From Escherichia coli (GTDB lineage Bacteria > Pseudomonadota > Gammaproteobacteria > Enterobacterales > Enterobacteriaceae): a stretch of DNA of 64,000 bases. Below, one piece after another: positions 55,619 through 64,000 of the stretch (positions within the stretch are counted from its first letter, which is position 1; each line of letters opens with the position of its first letter). The notes under the pieces are model-generated. The model searched no databases, was not told where the DNA came from, and saw only the letters and a program-made list of their open reading frames with translations. A program made the position numbers and the translations under genes. Location: the NCBI RefSeq assembly GCF_030013595.1, contig NZ_CP122768.1; one strand, written 5' to 3'.

Positions 55619-57037
55619 ATGGAAACCAATATCGTTGAAGTAGAGAACTTTGTTCAGCAGTCAGAAGAGAGGCGGGGTAGCGCCTTTACGCAGGAAGTGA
55701 AACGCTACCTGGAGCGCTACCCGAATACACAATATGTTGATGTTTTACTTACCGATTTGAATGGTTGCTTCCGTGGAAAACGTATTCCTGTTTCAAGCCT
55801 TAAGAAGCTCGAGAAAGGGTGTTATTTCCCGGCCTCGGTATTTGCAATGGATATTCTGGGTAATGTAGTAGAAGAAGCGGGCCTGGGTCAGGAAATGGGC
55901 GAGCCGGATCGTACCTGTGTTCCTGTTCTCGGTTCCTTAACCCCTTCTGCCGTCGATCCAGAGTTTATAGGTCAGATGCTCCTGACCATGGTCGATGAAG
56001 ATGGCGCTCCCTTTGACGTTGAGCCGCGGAACGTTCTTAACCGCCTGTGGCAGCAGCTGCGCCAGCGCGGATTGTTCCCGGTCGTAGCGGTAGAGCTGGA
56101 GTTCTATTTACTGGATCGCCAGCGCGACGCTGAAGGGTATCTGCAACCGCCCTGCGCGCCCGGCACCGATGACCGCAATACACAAAGCCAGGTTTACTCC
56201 GTTGATAATCTCAACCACTTCGCCGACGTGCTCAATGATATTGATGAACTGGCGCAGTTACAGCTGATTCCGGCAGATGGCGCGGTCGCTGAGGCCTCGC
56301 CAGGTCAGTTTGAAATCAATCTTTACCATACCGATAACGTGCTGGAAGCTTGCGATGATGCGCTGGCACTAAAACGCCTGGTGCGTCTGATGGCAGAAAA
56401 GCATAAGATGCACGCCACTTTTATGGCGAAGCCGTATGAAGAGCACGCGGGCAGCGGGATGCATATCCATATCAGTATGCAAAATAACCGTGGCGAGAAC
56501 GTGCTTTCTGACGCGGAAGGCGAAGATTCGCCGCTGCTGAAAAAGATGCTTGCCGGGATGATTGACCTGATGCCGTCATCAATGGCGTTGCTGGCACCAA
56601 ACGTGAACTCGTATCGCCGCTTCCAGCCAGGTATGTATGTACCGACGCAGGCGTCGTGGGGCCATAACAACCGCACCGTCGCCCTGCGTATTCCGTGCGG
56701 CGATCGCCATAATCACCGCGTGGAATATCGCGTGGCGGGTGCCGATGCCAACCCGTATCTGGTGATGGCGGCGATTTTTGCCGGTATTTTGCATGGCCTT
56801 GATAACGAACTGCCATTACAGGAAGAAGTCGAAGGTAACGGGCTGGAACAGGAAGGCTTACCCTTCCCGATTCGTCAGAGCGATGCCCTGGGTGAGTTTA
56901 TCGAGAATGATCACCTGCGCCGCTATTTAGGCGAACGGTTTTGCCATGTCTATCACGCCTGTAAAAATGATGAGCTGTTGCAGTTTGAGCGCCTCATCAC
57001 AGAAACAGAAATTGAGTGGATGTTGAAAAACGCGTAA
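55619..57037 (+). CDS. puuA: glutamate-putrescine ligase PuuA (glutamine synthetase family)
   Basis: 472 aa from METNIVEVENFVQQ... Confidence 0.9.
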   Translation: METNIVEVENFVQQSEERRGSAFTQEVKRYLERYPNTQYVDVLLTDLNGCFRGKRIPVSSLKKLEKGCYFPASVFAMDILGNVVEEAGLGQEMGEPDRTCVPVLGSLTPSAVDPEFIGQMLLTMVDEDGAPFDVEPRNVLNRLWQQLRQRGLFPVVAVELEFYLLDRQRDAEGYLQPPCAPGTDDRNTQSQVYSVDNLNHFADVLNDIDELAQLQLIPADGAVAEASPGQFEINLYHTDNVLEACDDALALKRLVRLMAEKHKMHATFMAKPYEEHAGSGMHIHISMQNNRGENVLSDAEGEDSPLLKKMLAGMIDLMPSSMALLAPNVNSYRRFQPGMYVPTQASWGHNNRTVALRIPCGDRHNHRVEYRVAGADANPYLVMAAIFAGILHGLDNELPLQEEVEGNGLEQEGLPFPIRQSDALGEFIENDHLRRYLGERFCHVYHACKNDELLQFERLITETEIEWMLKNA

Positions 57038-57339
57038 TACCCCTTGCGGGGTTGTTTCATCGGCCTGAGCGGAGCCAGGCCTGACATTTGCTGGTAATCC
57101 AGACATTTTCCGGATGTCGCGTTATGGAGCGCAGGCGGCAACGGGCTTCCGTTAACGATTAAGACTGTGACGAGGAAATGAGATGATGCCGATGATTAAA
57201 TCCCCGCATGGCGAGGGAGGCTGCGTATGCGCCCCTCCTGCTACTGACTGGACTCCGCCCCCTTTGCTTCCCTTGCTAAACAGGTTTGATTTCAGGTCGA
57301 CACGACCGCAAACCTTATTACGCAGGGGAGGCAGCAATT

Positions 57340-58725
57340 ATGGCTATTAATTCACCACTAACTATTGCTGCGCAATCTGGCAAAACCCGTCTGCGAAAAT
57401 CACTGAAATTGTGGCAGGTGGTGATGATGGGTCTGGCCTATCTCACGCCGATGACCGTATTTGATACTTTTGGTATTGTCTCCGGCATTAGCGACGGTCA
57501 CGTTCCGGCGTCCTATTTGCTGGCGCTGGCGGGCGTGCTGTTTACCGCTATCAGCTACGGCAAACTGGTTCGCCAGTTTCCGGAAGCCGGTTCGGCCTAT
57601 ACCTACGCGCAAAAGTCGATTAACCCGCACGTCGGATTTATGGTCGGCTGGTCATCACTGCTGGATTATCTCTTTTTGCCAATGATCAACGTTTTATTGG
57701 CGAAAATCTATCTCTCCGCCCTCTTCCCGGAAGTGCCGCCGTGGGTGTGGGTGGTAACCTTCGTCGCCATTCTAACCGCCGCGAATCTGAAGAGCGTCAA
57801 CCTGGTTGCTAACTTCAATACCCTGTTTGTACTGGTGCAAATCTCCATCATGGTGGTATTTATCTTCCTGGTGGTTCAGGGACTGCATAAAGGAGAAGGC
57901 GTTGGCACCGTCTGGTCACTTCAGCCGTTTATCAGCGAGAACGCGCACCTGATCCCGATTATTACCGGGGCGACGATTGTCTGTTTCTCCTTCCTCGGTT
58001 TCGATGCGGTGACCACGCTTTCGGAAGAGACGCCGGACGCCGCACGCGTGATCCCGAAAGCCATCTTCCTGACGGCGGTATACGGCGGCGTTATCTTTAT
58101 CGCTGCGTCGTTCTTTATGCAGCTGTTCTTTCCCGATATCAGCCGCTTTAAAGACCCGGACGCCGCACTGCCTGAAATTGCGCTATACGTCGGCGGCAAG
58201 CTCTTCCAGTCGATTTTCCTCTGTACCACGTTTGTGAACACGTTAGCGTCTGGCCTGGCGTCGCACGCCAGCGTGTCGCGTCTGCTGTATGTGATGGGGC
58301 GTGACAATGTGTTTCCGGAGCGCGTGTTTGTCTATGTGCACCCGAAATGGCGGACTCCGGCACTGAACGTCATTATGGTCGGGATTGTCGCGTTGTCAGC
58401 ACTGTTCTTTGATTTAGTCACCGCGACAGCATTGATTAACTTCGGTGCTCTGGTGGCGTTTACCTTCGTTAACCTGTCGGTGTTTAATCATTTCTGGCGG
58501 CGTAAAGGAATGAATAAAAGCTGGAAGGATCACTTCCACTATTTGCTGATGCCGCTGGTTGGCGCGCTGACGGTGGGTGTGCTGTGGGTTAACCTCGAGT
58601 CAACGTCACTGACACTCGGTCTGGTATGGGCTTCGTTAGGCGGCGCATATTTGTGGTATCTGATCCGCCGCTATCGCAAAGTGCCGTTGTATGATGGTGA
58701 CAGAACGCCGGTGAGCGAAACGTAA
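57340..58725 (+). CDS. puuP: putrescine importer PuuP (APC family)
   Basis: 461 aa from [16 protein letters not shown]... Confidence 0.9.
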   Translation: MAINSPLTIAAQSGKTRLRKSLKLWQVVMMGLAYLTPMTVFDTFGIVSGISDGHVPASYLLALAGVLFTAISYGKLVRQFPEAGSAYTYAQKSINPHVGFMVGWSSLLDYLFLPMINVLLAKIYLSALFPEVPPWVWVVTFVAILTAANLKSVNLVANFNTLFVLVQISIMVVFIFLVVQGLHKGEGVGTVWSLQPFISENAHLIPIITGATIVCFSFLGFDAVTTLSEETPDAARVIPKAIFLTAVYGGVIFIAASFFMQLFFPDISRFKDPDAALPEIALYVGGKLFQSIFLCTTFVNTLASGLASHASVSRLLYVMGRDNVFPERVFVYVHPKWRTPALNVIMVGIVALSALFFDLVTATALINFGALVAFTFVNLSVFNHFWRRKGMNKSWKDHFHYLLMPLVGALTVGVLWVNLESTSLTLGLVWASLGGAYLWYLIRRYRKVPLYDGDRTPVSET

Positions 58726-58858
58726 TAGTCGGATGCGCGGCGCATTATCCTGCCTGAGGGTAATGCACCGCGCCATTAACTATAAAAAGATGTATGACCC
58801 GGATCACGAGTGCTATCATCCGCCCTTATGCTTAGCGCATTAACCCCAGGGGCAAATA

Positions 58859-59104
58859 ATGAACCACGATATCCCGCTAAAATATTTTGATATTGCCGAT
58901 GAGTACGCGACCGAATGCGCAGAGCCTGTCGCAGACGCTGAACGCACACCGCTGGCCCACTACTTCCAGTTACTGCTCACCCGTTTGATGAACAATGAAG
59001 AGATCAGCGAAGAAGCCCAACATGAAATGGCTGCTGAAGCGGGGATTAATCCCGTACGCATTGATGCGATCGCAGAGTTTTTGAATCAATGGGGTAATGA
59101 GTAA
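58859..59104 (+). CDS. ymjA: small protein YmjA
   Basis: 81-aa ORF in conserved position between puuP and sapA. Confidence 0.85.
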   Translation: MNHDIPLKYFDIADEYATECAEPVADAERTPLAHYFQLLLTRLMNNEEISEEAQHEMAAEAGINPVRIDAIAEFLNQWGNE

Positions 59105-59137
59105 TTATTTCATTGCAGACGCTCGGTCAGTATCGTT

Positions 59138-59168
59138 GCCCGGATAAAGCGTTCACGCCGCATCCGGC
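59138..59168. repeat. REP palindromic unit downstream of ymjA
   Basis: GCCCGGATAAAGCGTTCACGCCGCATCCGGC. Confidence 0.6.
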
Positions 59169-59416
59169 TAAAAATGACACGCACTGCAGCGTGCTTTAAT
59201 GGGGTTCTCACGATCGTACCGCTCTGCTCCTCGCTAAGTTGTTCTGTGAGTTATAGTTATAGAGAAATCACGGGTACGAATGTTGAACAGATGGCGACGT
59301 CACCTGTTCAACGACCAACCACACGGCCCTCATTACGACCCCTGAACACAAACGGTAATGGCAAATGTCATTAAATATTAGTAAGATAGCCTCTTTACAT
59401 AAAATCCATTAATATT

Positions 59417-61060
59417 ATGCGCCAGGTATTATCGTCTCTTTTGGTGATTGCTGGACTTGTGAGTGGTCAGGCAATCGCCGCGCCTGAATCCCCCCCGCAT
59501 GCTGATATCCGCGACAGCGGTTTTGTCTATTGCGTCAGCGGGCAAGTCAACACCTTTAACCCATCCAAAGCGAGCAGTGGGTTAATTGTCGATACCCTTG
59601 CCGCCCAGTTTTATGATCGACTGCTGGATGTCGATCCCTATACCTATCGCCTGATGCCGGAACTTGCCGAAAGCTGGGAAGTTCTCGATAACGGCGCGAC
59701 CTATCGCTTCCACCTGCGTCGCGATGTTCCGTTTCAAAAAACCGACTGGTTTACTCCCACTCGTAAAATGAATGCCGACGATGTGGTGTTTACCTTCCAG
59801 CGAATTTTTGACCGCAACAACCCGTGGCATAACGTCAACGGCAGCAACTTCCCCTACTTCGACAGCCTGCAATTTGCCGATAACGTGAAAAGCGTCCGCA
59901 AACTGGATAATCATACGGTTGAGTTCCGACTCGCCCAGCCGGATGCTTCTTTTTTGTGGCACCTGGCGACCCATTATGCATCGGTCATGTCGGCAGAATA
60001 TGCCGGGAAGTTAGAGAAAGAAGATCGTCAGGAACAACTCGACCGTCAGCCGGTCGGCACTGGACCGTATCAGTTGTCGGAATACCGCGCCGGGCAATTT
60101 ATTCGCCTACAACGTCATGATGACTTCTGGCGCGGCAAACCGTTAATGCCGCAGGTGGTGGTGGATTTAGGCTCCGGCGGTACCGGACGTCTGTCGAAAC
60201 TCCTGACCGGAGAGTGCGACGTTCTGGCCTGGCCTGCTGCCAGTCAGCTATCCATTTTGCGTGACGACCCACGCTTGCGTTTAACGCTGCGTCCTGGGAT
60301 GAACGTCGCCTATCTGGCATTTAACACCGCCAAACCGCCACTAAATAATCCCGCTGTCCGCCATGCGCTGGCACTGGCGATTAATAACCAGCGCCTGATG
60401 CAATCCATCTATTATGGTACGGCTGAAACGGCGGCCTCTATTTTACCGCGCGCCTCGTGGGCCTATGACAACGAGGCTAAAATTACTGAATACAATCCGG
60501 CGAAATCGCGCGAACAGTTGAAGGCGTTGGGGCTGGAAAACTTAACGCTGAAACTGTGGGTGCCAACACGTTCGCAGGCGTGGAACCCCAGTCCACTGAA
60601 AACCGCCGAACTGATTCAGGCGGATATGGCGCAGGTTGGCGTAAAAGTGGTGATTGTGCCGGTAGAAGGTCGCTTTCAGGAGGCGCGGTTGATGGATATG
60701 AGCCATGATCTGACGTTATCCGGTTGGGCGACTGACAGTAACGACCCGGACAGTTTCTTCCGTCCGTTACTGAGCTGCGCGGCAATTCATTCGCAGACCA
60801 ACCTCGCCCACTGGTGCGATCCGAAATTCGACAGCGTGTTGCGTAAGGCGCTCTCCTCGCAGCAGCTGGCGGCGCGTATTGAAGCCTATGACGAAGCGCA
60901 GAGTATTCTGGCGCAGGAATTACCCATTCTGCCGCTGGCGTCGTCATTGCGCTTGCAGGCCTATCGGTACGATATCAAAGGTCTGGTACTTAGTCCGTTT
61001 GGTAACGCCTCCTTTGCTGGGGTGTATCGCGAGAAACAGGATGAGGTGAAAAAACCATGA
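59417..61060 (+). CDS. sapA: periplasmic binding protein SapA of the Sap ABC transporter
   Basis: 547-aa ORF with signal peptide. Confidence 0.93.
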   Translation: MRQVLSSLLVIAGLVSGQAIAAPESPPHADIRDSGFVYCVSGQVNTFNPSKASSGLIVDTLAAQFYDRLLDVDPYTYRLMPELAESWEVLDNGATYRFHLRRDVPFQKTDWFTPTRKMNADDVVFTFQRIFDRNNPWHNVNGSNFPYFDSLQFADNVKSVRKLDNHTVEFRLAQPDASFLWHLATHYASVMSAEYAGKLEKEDRQEQLDRQPVGTGPYQLSEYRAGQFIRLQRHDDFWRGKPLMPQVVVDLGSGGTGRLSKLLTGECDVLAWPAASQLSILRDDPRLRLTLRPGMNVAYLAFNTAKPPLNNPAVRHALALAINNQRLMQSIYYGTAETAASILPRASWAYDNEAKITEYNPAKSREQLKALGLENLTLKLWVPTRSQAWNPSPLKTAELIQADMAQVGVKVVIVPVEGRFQEARLMDMSHDLTLSGWATDSNDPDSFFRPLLSCAAIHSQTNLAHWCDPKFDSVLRKALSSQQLAARIEAYDEAQSILAQELPILPLASSLRLQAYRYDIKGLVLSPFGNASFAGVYREKQDEVKKP

Positions 61061-62022
61061 TTATCTTCACCTTACGCCGCATTTTGTTATTGATTGTCAC
61101 CTTGTTCCTGCTGACCTTTGTTGGCTTCAGCTTGAGCTATTTCACCCCACATGCGCCGTTACAAGGCGCGTCACTGTGGAATGCCTGGGTGTTCTGGTTT
61201 AATGGCCTGATCCACTGGGATTTTGGTGTTTCCAGCATTAACGGTCAACCGATTGCCGAACAGTTAAAAGAGGTCTTCCCGGCGACGATGGAACTGTGCA
61301 TCCTCGCCTTCGGTTTTGCGCTGATTGTTGGCATCCCCGTGGGGATGATTGCCGGGATTACGCGCCATAAGTGGCAGGATAACTTGATCAACGCCATCGC
61401 CTTACTGGGCTTTTCAATCCCGGTGTTCTGGCTGGCGCTTCTGTTGACGCTGTTTTGTTCACTCACGCTAGGTTGGTTGCCCGTTTCAGGACGTTTCGAT
61501 CTGCTCTACGAAGTGAAACCGATTACCGGTTTTGCGTTGATTGATGCCTGGCTTTCGGACTCACCATGGCGGGATGAAATGGTCATGAGCGCAATCCGCC
61601 ATATGATATTGCCCGTGATCACCCTGTCGGTTGCGCCAACAACTGAAGTGATCCGACTGATGCGTATTAGCACTATCGAAGTGTATGACCAGAACTATGT
61701 TAAAGCAGCGGCGACCCGCGGTTTGTCGCGCTTTACTATTTTGCGTCGCCACGTTCTGCATAACGCGTTACCTCCGGTTATTCCTCGCCTGGGCTTACAG
61801 TTTTCTACCATGCTGACGCTGGCGATGATCACCGAAATGGTTTTTAGCTGGCCGGGTTTAGGGCGCTGGTTAATTAACGCTATCCGCCAGCAGGATTACG
61901 CAGCCATTTCCGCCGGAGTGATGGTGTGTGGCTCACTGGTCATTATTGTTAACGTGATTTCTGATATTTTGGGTGCCATGGCTAACCCTCTGAAACATAA
62001 GGAATGGTATGCCTTACGATAG
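61057..62022 (+). CDS. sapB: ABC permease SapB
   Basis: 321-aa ORF, overlaps sapA stop. Confidence 0.93.
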
Positions 62023-62899
62023 CGTATACAGCGAAAAGCGCCCGCCGGGCACGCTGCGTACCGCCTGGCGCAAATTTTATAGTGACGCCTCTGCGATGGT
62101 CGGCCTGTACGGCTGCGCGGGGCTGGCTGTACTGTGTATTTTTGGCGGCTGGTTTGCGCCTTACGGCATCGATCAGCAATTTCTCGGTTATCAATTATTG
62201 CCACCGTCATGGTCGCGCTATGGCGAAGTTTCTTTCTTCCTTGGGACTGACGACCTCGGACGCGATGTTTTAAGCCGTTTACTGAGCGGAGCTGCGCCAA
62301 CCGTAGGCGGCGCATTTGTGGTGACGCTTGCCGCGACGATCTGTGGCCTGGTACTGGGCACCTTCGCCGGGGCGACCCACGGCCTACGCTCAGCGGTGCT
62401 TAACCATATTCTGGATACCTTACTGGCGATCCCTTCGCTGCTGCTGGCAATTATCGTTGTAGCGTTTGCCGGACCGAGTTTGTCTCACGCCATGTTTGCT
62501 GTCTGGCTGGCATTGCTGCCGCGTATGGTACGTTCGATTTACAGCATGGTGCATGACGAACTGGAAAAAGAGTACGTTATCGCCGCCCGTCTGGATGGCG
62601 CATCAACGCTGAATATTCTCTGGTTTGCTGTGATGCCTAACATCACCGCCGGGCTGGTCACCGAGATCACCCGCGCACTGTCGATGGCAATTCTCGATAT
62701 CGCCGCGCTGGGCTTTCTCGATCTCGGCGCACAACTCCCCTCGCCTGAATGGGGAGCGATGCTCGGTGATGCGCTGGAACTGATTTATGTCGCCCCGTGG
62801 ACTGTCATGCTGCCAGGTGCGGCAATTATGATTAGCGTGCTGTTGGTTAACCTCCTTGGCGACGGTGTCCGTCGTGCAATTATTGCGGGGGTGGAATAA
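62009..62899 (+). CDS. sapC: ABC permease SapC
   Basis: 296-aa ORF. Confidence 0.93.
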
Positions 62900-63891
62900 T
62901 GCCATTACTCGATATTCGTAACCTGACCATTGAATTTAAAACCGGTGATGAGTGGGTTAAAGCCGTCGACCGCGTAAGTATGACCTTAACCGAAGGTGAA
63001 ATCCGCGGTCTTGTTGGCGAATCCGGTTCCGGCAAGAGTTTGATTGCGAAAGCGATTTGTGGGGTGAATAAAGATAACTGGCGTGTTACTGCTGACCGTA
63101 TGCGTTTTGATGATATCGATTTGCTGCGTCTCTCCGCACGCGAACGGCGCAAGCTGGTTGGTCACAACGTGTCGATGATTTTCCAGGAACCGCAGTCGTG
63201 TCTTGACCCTTCAGAACGTGTGGGTCGCCAGTTGATGCAAAACATCCCAGCCTGGACCTATAAAGGCCGTTGGTGGCAGCGTTTTGGCTGGCGCAAACGC
63301 CGTGCCATTGAACTACTGCACCGTGTGGGGATTAAAGATCACAAAGATGCGATGCGCAGTTTTCCCTATGAGTTGACCGAAGGTGAATGTCAGAAAGTGA
63401 TGATAGCCATTGCACTGGCGAATCAACCGCGTCTGCTGATTGCTGACGAACCGACAAACTCAATGGAGCCAACAACCCAGGCGCAAATCTTTCGCCTCCT
63501 GACGCGTCTCAACCAAAACAGCAATACCACTATTTTGCTTATCAGCCATGACTTACAAATGCTTAGCCAATGGGCGGATAAAATTAACGTGCTTTACTGC
63601 GGTCAAACGGTGGAAACCGCGCCAAGTAAGGAGTTGGTGACAATGCCACATCATCCTTATACCCAGGCGCTGATCCGCGCGATACCAGACTTCGGCAGCG
63701 CGATGCCGCATAAAAGTCGCCTCAATACGCTGCCCGGCGCTATCCCACTGCTGGAACAGTTACCGATTGGGTGTCGTCTGGGGCCGCGTTGCCCGTATGC
63801 ACAACGAGAATGCATTGTGACGCCACGTTTGACGGGGGCGAAAAATCATCTCTATGCCTGTCATTTCCCGCTGAACATGGAGAAAGAGTGA
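62899..63891 (+). CDS. sapD: ABC ATPase SapD
   Basis: 330 aa; Walker A GESGSGKS. Confidence 0.93.
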
Positions 63892-63892
63892 G

Positions 63893-64000
63893 ATGATCGA
63901 AACGCTGCTTGAAGTGCGTAATTTAAGTAAAACGTTCCGCTACCGGACCGGCTGGTTTCGTCGTCAGACCGTAGAAGCGGTAAAACCCTTGAGCTTTACG
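63893..64000 (+). CDS. sapF: ABC ATPase SapF, 5' partial (runs off window end)
   Basis: MIETLLEVRNLSKTFRYRTGWFRRQTVEAVKPLSF starts 2 nt after sapD stop. Confidence 0.85.
   Translation, partial: MIETLLEVRNLSKTFRYRTGWFRRQTVEAVKPLSFT

Overview
This window is an Escherichia coli-type chromosome segment, reverse-oriented relative to K-12 reference numbering, with no rRNA, tRNA or CRISPR array seen. All identifications come from recognising translated ORFs and motifs by eye; no database search or alignment was run. Positions 1 to about 14400 are the integrase-proximal part of a Rac-like lambdoid prophage integrated at ttcA (ydaS/T/U/V-like replication module, racR, ydaG, ydaF, ydaE, racC, recE, recT, ralR, ydaC, xisR, intR). 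The rest is core chromosome: ttcA, dbpA, fnrS, zntB, dgcM, smrA, mcaS, abgRABT, ogt, fnr, uspE, ynaJ, ynaI, mppA, pgrR, ycjY, mpaA, ycjG, tpx, tyrR, ycjF, ycjX, pspEDCBA, pspF, puuEBCRD, puuAP, ymjA, sapABCD and the start of sapF. The best candidate for an undescribed system is a visibly AT-rich three-gene operon at 294..2287 inside the prophage: a GHKL/HATPase_c ATPase with a STAS-like region, a small STAS-like (DUF4325-type) protein and a single-pass membrane protein, i.e. partner-switching logic coupled to a possible membrane effector. Other notable points are an intact IS10 (1329 bp, 9-bp target duplication) that cuts off the last 13 codons of dgcM, an EmrAB-like efflux pair with an AraC regulator between smrA and mcaS, and a perfect 30-bp repeat upstream of both mppA and mpaA. 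Relative to the K-12 gene order as I recall it, the ycjM-ycjW/ompG cluster and the IS5 between ynaI and ynaJ are absent, and the sieB/kilR stretch of Rac is replaced by small unrecognised ORFs and a 21-bp inverted repeat.
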